Source: Dimorphilus gyrociliatus (Eukaryota; Animalia; Annelida). From it: DNA of 64,000 bases. Shown here piece by piece: positions 11,305 through 24,301 of the stretch (the stretch's first letter is position 1; every line of letters starts with the position of its first letter). Where the stretch lies: contig CAJFCJ010000047.1 of assembly GCA_904063045.1 (NCBI GenBank), positions 24,321-88,320 of the forward strand, given 5' to 3'. The notes beneath the pieces were generated by a model that saw only the letters and a list, made by a program, of their open reading frames with translations, searched no databases and was not told where the DNA came from. The translations under genes and the position numbers were made by a program.

Positions 11305-14300
11305 TTAAACTGATAACAGTAGTAAGAATGGCAATATTATCACAGAAATATGTGAAACAACAATTCGTGCATGATTACAAAAATCAGAGTCACAGCATGC
11401 TTGACAGAGTTTTTCTTGGTTTATCTCTTTGCAGTTATTCTCATTTTTAGCAGGACAGGTTTCAGTTGAACATCCTCTTATATAAGTAGTAACACCCTTG
11501 AACGTGTGTTCAAACTTAATACAATGCTCACCAGCTCCTACATAGCAAAATTTCTTTGTAGATAAAGAATCGGAATCACAATCTTTCTCCTCACCAGAAC
11601 ATTCGTAACACCTTATTTCTTTAGGTTTAATGTCTGTTACTGAAAATTTTGAAAAACAAATCTAGTAAAAAAATTATAGAACCAATTTAAATTAAAAGAT
11701 GGTAGTATTTACAAGAGCATTTTCCATCCAACAGCTCATATCCTCCTTTACAAGTGTGACACGTTCCTATCATTAAACAATTTTTACAATAATCAAAAGT
11801 GTCGATCAGACAAGGCCAACATTTTCCTCCTATGAGATAACCATATGTACATTGAGTACATATAGATTTTTCATTTATTATTGAGCAACTTGAACATCCT
11901 TCCGATAACGTCATTGTGGTACATTCTATATAAAAAAAAAACACATATACACTGCGCTATTCGTTTGATTTATTTTGTTTTTTGCTTACCAATACATAGA
12001 CCTTCCTTAAGACCATACCCAGGTGAACATTTCATACATTTTGCTTTACCATTTGACCCCATTCTGCAATCTTCGCAATTTTTAGTGCAAAATACACAAC
12101 TTCCATTTATCAAGTGAAATCCTTGTTTACATAGATAGCACACAAGGTGATTTCTCAAAATTTCGCATTTAATACAATTTGGCGGACAAGCTGTACAAAC
12201 TTCATTTTGTACAGATAAACAATCCACCTTTATCTTCATAGCATGATTGACAATTTTTTGGACATTTGTAGCATAGTTTATTAGACTGTTTCAATCCATA
12301 TCCCGTAGAACATCCGGTTGATGAACAGCGAACAATACCAAAGTTTGAACTGCATTTTTCGCAATTGTTGGGACATTCTAAGGATAATCAAATAAGATAA
12401 GAACATTAAGAGATTATTTTCCTAACCTATGCATTGTCCGTTAATCAGCATAAATCCTTTTGTACATGTATAGCAGTTGGAACCAAATGTATTACCAGGA
12501 ACACTGGAACAGTGGTAGCATCCATTCGGGCAAGCTGATTGTAACAATTTAGTTTGTAATCAAAGAAAAACTAAAGAAAGAAACTTACGAAGGCAATTTT
12601 TGCTTTTCTGATTCAAGAAATAACCCGATTTACAACTTTTGCAGAGTTTTTCCGTTTCAGTTTGGTAACACGTGAGACAAGGACTAACGCATTTGAAACA
12701 TTTGTTGTCACGATGAGAATATGTATAACCATCTTCGCAGACTGTGCATATCGTTCTGAAATGAGTACTATCCCATGAACATGATTTGCAGTTGAAAGGG
12801 CATGGTAAACAATTCCTATTCGAATCAAACGTGAATTTTGGAAAACATTTTGAACATTTGAAACTTCCATCTCCGGCTGTGAAACATTTTTCGCAAGATA
12901 CTCCGCAGACTCCGCAAGTACCATCTGATTTTGTCACATAGCCAGCCTTACACCCGCTTGCTATGCAGAACGTTTCACTACCTCTAAGTACGCAATTAAT
13001 ACAGGAAGGAGGACATTTGAAACACTGTTTTGAATCAGGACCAAGGGTGAAACCATCCGTGCACTTAATACAAATACTTTTTCCAAATATTGTCTTCATA
13101 CACTTTTGACAATTCAGTTGGCAAGGACTGCACCGGAATTCATTGTCCGATAGTCCGTGTCCAACAGTACATTCAAACCTGATGCAGTGAGCTTGAAAGT
13201 TATCAACAGCCCTACATTTGGAGCAAGAAGGTGGACATTCCAAACAACCGGATTTATCTGGTTTTAATATATATCCCTTTTCGCATTGGTTGCATTCAAC
13301 ACCGAGATTCGTGAATGTACATGACAAACAGGCCGGATTGGAACTAAGGCATTCAGCTTTCGTTACACTAGGTGAGTAGGACGTAGAACATTTATAACAT
13401 TTGACTTCATTTAATTCATTAGCATTATCGCACTCTTTGCAGTTGGCAATTTTACCGCAATTTATGCATGTCTTTCTATCAACTGAAAGTGTAAATCCTT
13501 CAACGCATTCTTCACAAATTCGAGTCGTGTTAGAATTCGAGCATTTCAAACAATTTTCAGTCACGTGACTAGAGCAAGATATGCACTGTAAACCATCAAG
13601 CGAAGTAACAAAACCACTTTTGCATGTCTTACATGTTTTGTCGCGGTCTTTACATTCTATACAATTTTCATTAATCGAATTGCAGGCGTAACAAAGCGCG
13701 TCATTTACATTATCAATAGCAAAACCACTTGAGCATTGATTACAACTTCCGGCCGTCCTACTTTCATTAACAAATGAGCAGGATTCACAAAATGAAGTAC
13801 AAGATGTACATTTCGTTTTATCATTAGATAACGTGAATGAGTCATGACACGAACTGCATTGAGTCTGATAAGATTCTTTTAAGCAACTTGTACAATTTCC
13901 AACTGAGCATTGTACACAAATTCCAGTTGCTGAAATTGTAAAACCAGGTTTGCAGTTCAAGCAAAAGTTATTTTCCGAACAGCTTAAACAATTAATATCT
14001 GAACACGTATAGCAACCCTTTCCGTCCGATTTAACATTGTACCCATTTCCGCAACTAAAGCATCTATCAACAGCAGTTTTTTCGTCGTTTAAGCTGCATT
14101 TTTCGCAGTTGGTATCAAGGCTACTGCAAGGTAGGCAATCCGTTTTCAAACCGTTTAAAAGATAGCCACTCTTACATTCTAGACAAATTTCTGTTAATTA
14201 ATCTAGAAAGTTGATGATAACACACTTGTTGCAGTGTTCACTCAGTTGTGAACAACTCTGACAAACTTTCTCTGTGTAATCTAATGTTCGCCCTTCTTCG

Positions 14301-14610
14301 CATCTATCTTTAAAGCATTTGCCTTTGCTATCGCAGATTTCGCAGTTAGGAACGCAGGATATACAATTGCCGCTATCAGTTAAACCATATTTAGGTTTGC
14401 AGATTATGCAGTTTATACGAATGCCTTGAATTTTGCAATGGCGACAACCAGTACCGCAATCTGGAGAAGAAAAGTTTCATTAGAATAGATATTCGGTGTG
14501 GTGATTGTAAAACTACAGAATCTGATAACTGTTGAAGATGGAACAATACGTTCATTGGCTGAAAAAACCACATCTATTGCAATTATCCTATTAAATAGTA
14601 TATGAGTCAT
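11305..14610 (-). pseudogene. Furin-like Cys-rich repeat (about 20) surface protein with C-terminal Ly6/uPAR three-finger domain and GPI signal; two lesions
   Basis: CxxC...C...CxxCxxGY repeats through ORFs 12560-14149, 11970-12239 and 11687-11944. Last exon 11305-11639 reads IRCYEC...IRGC...CCDSDFCN, then VIILPFLLLLSV*. In-frame TAA 14198-14200 and a frameshift at about 12200-12215. Confidence 0.8.
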
Positions 14611-14979
14611 GAAACAATAGATTCATTTTAAAGTGATTTTCTTTATAATTAATTATGAAGAGAATGTAATGTTTATTGGCAATTTTTACTATTTCAGCAA
14701 ATGAGTTACATTCTTAACTAAACAATTAATGTCAATAAAGGAGATAATTGCCTTATTATTTCCATAAGGAAAAAATAAATCAATCTAAAACTTTGTTTTA
14801 TAACAGAAAAACAGTGAATGTTTTTTTCTATTCAGTTTTTATTATCTTCTTGAATGAAACTATTTGAAAAAAATGTGTATCATCAATTTTCTACTTTTTC
14901 TACAATATTGCCAAATTGGTAACAAATAAACTCTTATTTTCAAATAGTCTTTTTTTTCTTATTGTTGCAAAAAAACAGG

Positions 14980-15550
14980 TTTTTCAAGATTACCATTCCT
15001 GCACAAAGATTCTGAGACTATCCTATTGTATGATTGGTACAACGAAACAAACTTTGGGCCTTTGCTATCATCTACTAAATTATACGATAATGGAGGATTA
15101 AACAAGTACGGCACAATTTTTGGTACAAACTGTAAAATGAATAAGGATGGTTCAGTCTATTTTGGATTTGAAACCTATTTAAAAGTAAGATTTTTTTTTT
15201 AAAGTTTTTTATGTATAGTTAATTTTTTTTTATATCTAAATGGGACAGATTCTTCATGATTCTGATTTTAGAGCCAATGATTTTACTGTTGAGATTGTAA
15301 CGAAATATCTTTTACCGGCTAATTATCCATCAACTCAGAAGTTTTATTCGTTTAAGAAAGCTGGTCATTTGGGATTAAAAGTGTCAATGGACGGAGAAGG
15401 TGAACTAGTAGTTTCCTACTAGTTATCTGACACTTGGATTCTGTGATGGAGCTTGTCCTACTAAAGATTTTCATGGTAATATTTATGCATTTAAATGGAC
15501 AAAATCTCTTAAAAGTGATGCTGACATTGCAAACAAATGGCAGGAAAGTT
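14980..15550 (+). pseudogene. Concanavalin A-like/LamG domain gene fragment
   Basis: LYDNGGLNKYGTIFGTNC exon with GT donor; DFTVEIVTKY...GLKVSMDGEGELVVSY*; FHGNIYAFKW; stops present. Confidence 0.35.
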
Positions 15551-16794
15551 TGTAATATTCTTGCATTTAATTATCTCTAATGTTTTTTAAATATTCACCA
15601 TTCCATCCTTTTATATTACATCATTGTCGATTTAGAATATAATTAGACAATCTGGTTCATATTTTACAAAATTCAGGTAGAACTAACAGTTTTAAAAGTG
15701 GAACAAAACATGTTAGAAACTTTAAAACTACTCATAATCTTATTATTGTAATACACAGAGTAAGTTTTCCTAAAAAAATCAAATTGTGTTAAAGCATTCA
15801 GTTGGATATTTTTGTCGAAAATTTTGCAAATTTAATGGAGATTTTAATTCTCTCTAATTCAAAGATAATCTTTTTTGGAACTGGTATAAAAATCCAACAG
15901 GAAGTAATTACTTTCTAAAAATTCAATAACATATTGAATAGAGCCACCAAATGTGGATTATAAATCTTTTCGATATTTTTCAGTTGTCAATATCTAAAGT
16001 TTTATCTAGAGAATTTATTGCGCAATTACAACAGTGGCGACACCTATCCCGAGAGGTTTGTATATAATTCAAGGCAAAAAATTTAAGATTGATTTGTTTT
16101 TGCATTAATAAAACATTGTTTTTCTTATGGAAACATAAGGCAATTGTCTCTTAATTGACACTAATTGTATTTGTGAGAAATCAACAGAAATATCCTTTTA
16201 ATATTTTATATAATTGTTAGAGTACATTATTTCTCAATTCTAAAAGAGTTGTAGAACTCTTGTTAATTTTTTCTTTAGATACCAAGAAAACATAATTCAA
16301 TCACTCTTTATACAATCGATTGAAATGGATATTTAAAAGTACTAGTGAAAATAGCTTATTCAGCATTTGTAATAACAAAGTTTTACTATTCGAATTGAAT
16401 TCTACCAGCTTTTATGAAAAGAATAATAGCCGATACTTAAAATTTTATTTAAACAGTTAAAACTTTAAAATTGTGTGCAAAAGACTTTACAACAAATAAT
16501 CTCCATTCTGAGAAGACTATAGTCATTGGAACAATAGTGTAATAATTCTCCAATCTTTATTTAGGCAAATCAATGATGATTTTAGCTTTCAATTATTGAA
16601 AATTAATGTAATAGGATTGAAAATAGCCCGCAAAACCATTAACGATTTGAAATATGCTGAAATTTTAAGCAAATCTAAATCTTTAGTAAAATAAAAGAAA
16701 TATTCACACAATCATAATAATAACCAAAGAAAAACCATAATTAGTAATTGCATTTGTGTAGTGATTACAGTCTAGGAGTTTTATATCTCAAATG

Positions 16795-16999
16795 GGGGTT
16801 CGACAGCAAAATGTTCACAAATGAGAGCTTTCAAGACTAGATTTTGAATTGAGAAATGGTTAGGAAGAAGACAGCAACTGATTTGTACTTAGGAGGATCT
16901 CCTCTAAGGGTTGCGGTAAAAGAAAAAGTTAGCTACAGCCAAGGGCTGGGTTAGGGTTAGGGTAAAAGCACTGATTTGTGGAAGTTTTAGCAGCAAAAC
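16795..16999 (+). mobile_element. TTAGGG-containing MITE, copy 3
   Basis: Near-continuous alignment with copy 2; contains GGGCTGGGTTAGGGTTAGGG at 16943-16962. Confidence 0.85.
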
Positions 17000-17029
17000 T
17001 TAATTAACTGTACATTTAGTTAATATCCG

Positions 17030-17290
17030 GTTTTTTTGTATATTTTGGATCACACAATTTATCACTACCCCTACAGACCCAAATTCTCTTTTTTGGATAC
17101 AACTCAATCCGACTGTCATCAGAAAATATAATTTTGTTTATATTTTCTTTACTCTTGTTTAGCATAGCCTTACAAAAAGCTTTTCTATTTCTTGGATGGC
17201 AAGGTTTTAGTGCTGGCTTACTTGTTGCAACACAGCCTTTAAGGTCATTTTTTTAGTTACATATTAACCCAACATTTGTCACAAATTTCA
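17030..17290 (-). mobile_element. Tc1-like transposase remnant
   Basis: LKGCVATSKPALKPCHPRNRKAFCK...KIIFSDDSRIELY (Tc1 KP.L...R..FA...VIFSDES). Confidence 0.65.
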
Positions 17291-18248
17291 TCCAAAATAG
17301 TGTTGAAATTCTTCAGATATATGTAATATGTGATTCATAATTTCATACATCAGAAAGTTGACAATTTGCAATTAGCCTTTTAAGTTTTTTTAATATTGGA
17401 AGAACAACAAATATTCTTATTAAATGAAGCTAAAAGAACTTTTAATATTTCCAACTGTTTCTGTGAAAAAAAAAACAATTATCTTATATAAAAAAAAACA
17501 CCAATAATGAAAATTGCATTTTATACATTTTTCAAAAGACTCCAATTCTTATAACTAAATGATAGAAAACTGGAAAGGAAACTGTAAAAATAAGGATAAG
17601 TTTTTGTTTCTTCATCAAAGCTTTTCATGTATTTCAGATACAAAACAATCATTTCTTCCATCATTTTTTGTTTAGAATCAAAATGTAATGTTTTCTTAAA
17701 CATTCTGAAAGTGTTAAAAATACGAAATAGATGAATGGCCATAAAACGTCTTCTTCTATGGTTCATAGTCACGTGCTTAGTTAGAAATTTAAAGTTCTTA
17801 TAGATCATCTACAGTAGTTGATTAAGGATAAGAGTTAGTCTATTATGTCTATATTACTCACTTTCCAGTAGGATGTACTTAAAACATTTGAACAGTTTTT
17901 TTTAATTAACTTAACCCTTTTTTGTACTAAGAAATAAAAATAGTAACAATAACTATTTTTCAAATATTCATATACTTTGGAAAGAATTTCTAAATCTTCA
18001 CAATTGTCCATCTAAATTTAAAAAAAAAACAGAAACAATGATTTAGACAAAAAGAAGTTTTTCTTTCTTACATCCGTCCAATTAAGATCAACAGAAGACA
18101 ATTGATTATTCTGTGATCATGGTACATAATATATTCTATTATTATAAGAAATTTTAGACAATAGGCCTAAAAATTCAAATTTTTTATGATTATCTATAAA
18201 TTTTTTTTTATAAAAATTGAAATTGTAGATAAAAAATAATGTGACTAT

Positions 18249-19020
18249 TTACCTTAAAAAGCTGTGATCCTCAATTTCTGTAGGCCTATAAGAATTTAGT
18301 ATTAAAATTTTTATATTCTTCCATACATTCTCAGGTGAAATATCTTGAATATTTTCAGTATTAAGTTTGCATTCAGATAACTCAAGTATTTCTAGATATT
18401 TCAAATGGAATAGATATTGAAATTCATCATACTGAATAATAATATCTGACATCTTTTTGAAAACTTTTATATTACTCAACATAAGAATAGGCTTTAATAT
18501 TTGTTAAAGATATATTTAATTCTTGTAATAAGACTAAATTTTCGCACAACATTTCAAAATGGAAATCATTAATGTCTGTTCCACAGACATCCAATACTTT
18601 TAAATGATGTATTGATTTAATAAAAGCAGTTTCATTTGTAAATTCTTGTTGATAATCTGAAAAGATTAGAGTAGTAATTTCTCCTTTATTTATATCTTCA
18701 AATAATTTGTATATTGGAAAATGAGTAAAATTTCTGAATTCTAAATATTCTATTGGTTGATCTTTGAGAAATGATAAACTGTCAGCATTTTGAAGACGAT
18801 TTCCAAATGCAGAAACTTTCTTAAACTTGATTGGTATATTCTGCCAATAGATTAATTGCTGTTCATTCAAACCAATTAAATAATGATTTGCAAATGAAAT
18901 CATCTGTTCACAAAGTTCAAATGGTAATTTTATGTTTTTTTCAAAATAATAATTTGTTATCCTTTGAAAATTTAATGAAATAGTTTCCAATGTTAATTTT
19001 GATAAACTGCTGACAATTTC
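18249..19020 (-). pseudogene. ZYG-11/ZER1-like LRR protein, N-terminal fragment with frameshift
   Basis: SLSKLTLETISLN...LPFELCEQMISF...LNEQQL...LSFLKDQPIEYLEF...LKVLDVCGTDI...LQELNISLTNI; frameshift near 18480-18490. Confidence 0.6.
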
Positions 19021-19049
19021 AAAACTTTTTGGTGTAGACTGAAATCAAT

Positions 19050-19130
19050 GAAATTGAATTTTTCCTAACCATAAAAAAGCTCCAAACCTAGCCCTAAAAT
19101 TTACCTTCAGGGGACATTTTGTCTCGACCC
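19050..19130 (-). repeat. Terminus of a related MITE/Phantom variant
   Basis: Reverse complement GGGGTCGAGACAAAATGTCCCTGAAGG...TAGGGCTAGGTTTGG shares the GGGGTCG terminus. Confidence 0.5.
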
Positions 19131-19343
19131 CGGTTTAATAATACTGTGCAGTCGCGATAATAGGTGATTATATCAAGGTTAACAAATTTTATGTGGAAAT
19201 GGAAAGTGTTTTTTTCAAAATTTTAAAAACTCCTGTTTTCTAAGTTTTGGCGCGCATTGGAACCGAAAGTATTCATACTTTTTCAAAATTTCAAAAACTA
19301 GGTTATATTATCACTCATTGGATATTAAAACTTCAGAACCTTT

Positions 19344-19484
19344 AGAAGAAGAAGACGGCAACTGATTTGTACCTAGGAGGGTCTCCTGTAAGGGTTGGGG
19401 TAATGGAAAAAGTTAGGCACAGCCAAGGGCTGGGTTAGAGTTAGAGTAAAATTATTGATTTGTGGACTTTTTTTGTCGCATTCC
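19344..19484 (+). mobile_element. TTAGGG-containing MITE, copy 4 (5' truncated)
   Basis: GAAGAAGACGGCAACTGATTTGTACCTAGGAGGGTCTCCT...GATTTGTGGACTTTTTTTGTCGCATTCC aligns to the 3' two thirds of copy 2. Confidence 0.8.
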
Positions 19485-20304
19485 TCCATTGGAGAACGTA
19501 CACAACTTTCCCATTGTATTACGATTGTTGGAAACCCTCAGCTGAATGAAATATGGTGTACACTTAGTAGTAAAACTGAAGAATTTTTCAATTGATTACA
19601 GTTTTTAAAAAATTTTTAATCATCTTAATATGCAATACATTTCTGTTTCTACTGTTTAGAATTATCTTTAGAATCCCCAAAACTGATCCATCTTCTCATC
19701 AAATGGATTTTTGAATATTTGCAAAGGGTTGGAAGCTTCTAGAAGCAGTTAATTTAAGCATGAAGTCAAGATGGGCTAAGTTGCGTATTAATTTTCTTAA
19801 TTGCAAACTATCTTATGAGCAGAGAGAATTGTTAAGAATTTTTTTAAGTAATTACTTTATAATTATGTAATGAAATTGTTCTAAATTAGTAACAAAACCT
19901 GAATGGAAAATTGGAGAGTTTTTTGATATTTGTGTGAAGGACATTAACAGTCATTCAACACTTTAAAATGTCTGTCTTTATCTGTTTAACTGTGATTTAA
20001 AAGAAGTGCAACATCAGCAACTTTTCTTTGTCTTGTTTGGGACTAGAAGCTCATTTTATTACTAGTATTTTTCTGATATTATTATAATTCTTTGTTATAT
20101 GGTTATTAGTTTGAATTTTCAGACCATATTTGAATAGAATCTTCTTGGCAGAAAATTGACTTAGTTTGTCTTTGACAGCTCAGGATAAAGAACTCTTCTG
20201 TATTAGAACAAGTTATTGTTTAATTCTCTTCTTTTCATTGTACTGGAAAGCTTACTACCGTCAATCTTTATTTCATTGAATTTCAAATATTTTCCTCTCT
20301 ATAT

Positions 20305-20380
20305 ATGTCCTGGCCCACTCAGTGAGAGTTTGTTGTATTTCTTGGTCACAAGATCTCTAATATCTTTACTCCACATCATA
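20305..20380 (-). mobile_element. Internally deleted Tc1 fragment related to the 38512 element
   Basis: Reverse complement ATGATGTGGAGTAAAGATATTAGAGATCTTGT matches 38512 ATGGTGTGGAGTAAAGATATCAGAGAGCTTGT; CTCACTGAGTGGGCC matches 38955. Confidence 0.6.
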
Positions 20381-20776
20381 AGAAAGAAAAAATTGATGAA
20401 AATTACTAAAAATATTTTGCCAAAAATATTCATAAATATAAACATTTCCTCAAATTTGTTTAATATTATGTAAATATAACTCTTTTTCTACATAAGTTTA
20501 GACAAAAGAACTACTTTAGAATGAAGAAACAATTTAATCATTAATGACAATTGATCTAAATTTATTATGCAGATTACTTTGTAGTTAAATAGTACCAAAC
20601 AAGCAAAAGATAAATCCTATATCAAATCAGTTTTTGTAAAATCCTTATTTAAGATACTTAAATAGAAACAAAGGTGAATGTGGCACTTTTGAATGAGTCA
20701 GAATTTTCAACAGTTACCTCATAACAAAGTCCAAACTATTTAAACAGAGTTGAATGTAGTTACTTTATTTTCAGTT

Positions 20777-21280
20777 TCATATTGTAAGTTTTATAATTAA
20801 AACAGAAATACCAACAGCTATTCCGAAGATGATTGCAGAGACAGAAAGAGATTTCGCTAAAGATGATTTAGCTCTTGCTTCCTCATAATTTCCTTTTTCT
20901 CTTGAATTTCTGCTTCCGATACTTAGAATTATTGAAGTAATTCCAAGAATAAAACAAAAAATTATGGCAGTTATTCCCCAAATCTGTTGAAAAAATTATA
21001 AAAACAATATATTAAAAATCATTAGCTTTACCAAATTATCAGGGATATCTGGCTGTGGCTGTGACTTTGGTTGTTGTATTATTACCCTACTGTCTATTTG
21101 ATTGGTAATAACTATATCATTAGTAGTAGATGAAACAGTAATGTAGCTCAGAGAAGCATGAGATCTATCTGTTTTCTTATTTTTAGCGGAGAGAACAATT
21201 TCATCACAGTTTTTTGATTGTTTAGATTGACAATTACATTGTGATAGGATAATTTTCTGTTGAAATGTTTCTGAAGTCAT
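20777..21280 (-). CDS. CD225/dispanin (IFITM/PRRT-like) membrane protein
   Basis: Two exons, 48-bp intron 20984-21031: PDIPDNL|IWGITAIIFCFILGITSIILSIGSRNSREKGNYEEARAKSSLAKSLSVSAIIFGIAVGISVLII*. This is the CD225 two-hydrophobic-segment pattern with GNYEEA. Intact. Confidence 0.85.
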
Positions 21281-22516
21281 TTTATCAGTATTGTGACTAG
21301 TATTTTTAATAATCCACAGTGAGAAATTCTTTTCTTGAAAAGAATACAAATCCCCTTAGTAGACAGAAAAAGGTCTGAGTGAAAATATAGAACTAGTGTG
21401 GGTTATATAATGAAATAGAATAATGCTGAGAATGACTCACCTTTTCAAATAAAAAAAGGGAATTTCTTTTTTTTTCGAGAGCTAGAGCTATATTATTTTT
21501 TTCAATGGAACAAAGGATCGAATATAGAAACTTGAACAATCAAAAAGAAATGAAATGATTTCTTCCAAGAAATTTTGAAATAATCAATATTTGATACCCA
21601 AAATCCTAATTGTACTAAGTAAGAGTGAAATCATACTAAGGTGAAAGCTATCCAAGTGAAATAGAAAATAGAAATAGAAAAGGATTGGTAGCGCCATCTG
21701 CAGTTTAAAAATGTGTTTACTTGAAATAAAGAAAGCAAACATGAATTATATTATAGAAAGTAAAAGTATTTGTACTTCCTTTATAATAATCGCTAAAAAT
21801 TTCACACTCTAACAGAATGACAATATATATTGATTACCAGATATTCTGTCAAAGGCAAAGTGCCATTCCTATTTTTGAGATTTTTTACAACAGGGTTAGT
21901 ACCCGTAACCCTGATTTTTTACATTTACAAATGTATTTGATTTGTATATAAAAAATGCTAAAGAAAGACAATCTTCTTACTTTTTTGAGTCTTTGGTGAG
22001 CAATTAATGACTTGTCAATGAAAACTCTTTAATTATATAAATGTAAAATATTAATGATTAATTTATCTAAAAAATTGATAAATTTGAATTACTCCATTTA
22101 TAGAGACTCTGTACTTGTGGACTATGCATAATAGATATAGGATTAGCTCTTTTGATGAGTCAGAAATTCCAATAGCAATGCACAATCAAGTTGAAATAAC
22201 AGTCAGTCCTGCAAAAAGGTAGTTTTGAAAATATCAGCTCATTTTCTACAAATTCCCTTAATTGTATCCCAGAGAGGGGGAAATTATACCTTGGTCGAAA
22301 CCACAAAAGCAAAATTGAATACAACATACAGAAACCACATCCACTAAATATATTAGGTACGATCTGAAAGTATTACATGTTTTGCTCTAATTTTAAAACG
22401 GCCTAACTAATACTTTTGGTACTTTCCAAATATATTACTTAATCTGTAAACTTTCATTTGGTTTTGTCAAGCCATTACAAAATTATTTTGCTGAAAACAA
22501 CAGCAAGTCATTCTAC

Positions 22517-23190
22517 ATGTTCTGATCAGCAAAAAATTATTGCATTCTTAGTCCATGAGAAGGCCTCTTCAAAGAATATTTACACAAGGTTAAAAATCTA
22601 TTTTTGGGAATGAAACTCTGAGTGCAAATTCAGTAAGAAGGTGGGCTGCTCTAGACAGATCAGAATAAAGAAGCAGTTGACAGGCTTATCAGGGAAGATT
22701 GAACCACATCTCAGAGATCAATTGCCAAAAAATTAGATATTGGTCAAGAGGATGTTGGTAAGATTATTAAGGAGCTGGGGTAGAGAAAAATTTGTGCTAA
22801 ATAGATCCCCTATGATCTTTATCAGGATCAAAAAGAGGTAAGGATGAGTTATTGCACTGAGCTACTTGATATATACAAGGCAGAAAAAGAAGCATTTTTA
22901 GAAAAAATCTTGGGTTCATCTCTTTGATCCTGAATCAAAGAGGACTTCCCTAACCTACAAACACACATCATCTCCACCTGAAAAAAAGCTAAAAATGACT
23001 AAATCGTCTGAAAAACTAATCATATCAGGGGAGTTGAATACGAAAATTTGGATGAGCTAAAAGAAGACATCAGGGAATTTTTGAGGAGAAAACCATCCGC
23101 CTTTTTTCGGAAAGGGATAGAGATCTACTTCCATCCAAAATGGCAGAAATGTATAAACAATGGAGGGGATTATTAAAGAATAAAATAGTT
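22517..23190 (+). mobile_element. mariner transposase remnant (internally deleted)
   Basis: AFLVHEKASSKNIYTRLK...NSVRRW (HTH); IPYDLYQDQKEVRMSYCTELL (WVPHEL-like); C-terminal KWQKCINNGGDY. Confidence 0.8.
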
Positions 23191-24301
23191 AATTTTTTTA
23201 GAGTAGAAATTGATATAATAACTTAACTACTATAAATAAAAATACAGTTAGAGTTATATCTGATGAATTGCCAGAAAAGTTTATTTCTTTTAAAAGGTGA
23301 CTTTGCGCAAAACATTTTTTCTGATCATTGCATTCATTGCTAATAAACTGGCAATAGGATAGATTGATTTCCCTCAATGATTCGCATCTCTTAAACAGTA
23401 ACTCAAGGCTCGAAAACTGCCTCTGTAATGGATATACAGTATATATTTTTTTATATTTTAGTTATTTTGATGTATGAATTACAAAAGAAAATCTTACCAG
23501 AAAATTTGTTGAAAGACAAGTTTAACTTGATCATATTCTTAAGACACTTGAATAAAACAACATTTTCAAAGTTATACAGCAATCTTCTAACTCTAACTTT
23601 TCCAATAAGTTACTTTCCTCAATCTATTGGTAATCTTGATTCATTTCAATAATTTTGCTAAAATTCATGTGTTTTAGGCGAAGTTTGCGGATATTCTTAA
23701 AAGTGAATATTATATCAGGAATAATGGAAAAAGGTAATTGACAATGTACTCTATTATCAATATGAATTTTTTAAAGTCAATCTTTGAAGGATATTTTTGC
23801 AATTTGAAATATCTCTTGAAAATTAAATTTTACATTCATCAGTGACAATTTTGTAATTTGCCTTTCTAAAATTGAAACAATAAAATTCCAAGCAGCTGTC
23901 ATTAAAATTATATAGTTTACAATATGTAACTGCTTGAAAATTCTTCATCTTTCAATATCCTTCTTTTTTATTACATATTCACGTTGATAAGCATGGACTT
24001 TAAATTCTTCCATTCAGCTTCTATCTTCATAAACTGAACTGTAATTAGAATGAAGTTAAAGATTTTTGCAATTTTCCAAATATGCAATGAGAGCATATGA
24101 AATAGATGGAGCATCTAACTAAAACGAAAATTTGTAGACAACAAGAAAAATTCAAAGCAGGTCGTGGCAGCAATTTGAAATTGCATCAATTATATTTAAT
24201 AAGAGGCATGTCTCGCGTTATGTACTGCATAAATCACATCTTATAACTATATATGCATGTAAAATAACTAATCTTCAACTAATGTCATTGTTAATGCTCT
24301 C

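Noticed and set aside
12205-12235. A 28-nt GT-AG mini-intron repairing the furin-repeat frameshift
   Set aside because: Much shorter than every other intron here (48 bp or more) and it would leave a half repeat.
12613-12924. Overlapping or antisense ORFs over real genes (e.g. 12613-12924, 25449-25733, 31622-31990, 36341-36616, 45454-46077)
   Set aside because: Shadow frames of codon-biased or repetitive CDS with no domain features.
1905-14200. Stop-codon reassignment (ciliate-like TAA/TAG readthrough) to explain in-frame stops in the cadherin, ABCC and furin-repeat genes
   Set aside because: ORFs of 529 and 590 codons contain no in-frame TAR, genes terminate on TAA, TAG and TGA, and frameshifts co-occur with the stops. 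Pseudogenisation or assembly error is simpler.
21850-22400. Possible transporter or membrane-protein exons on the minus strand
   Set aside because: Hydrophobic stretches with splice-like sites, but stops in every joined frame and no recognisable motif.
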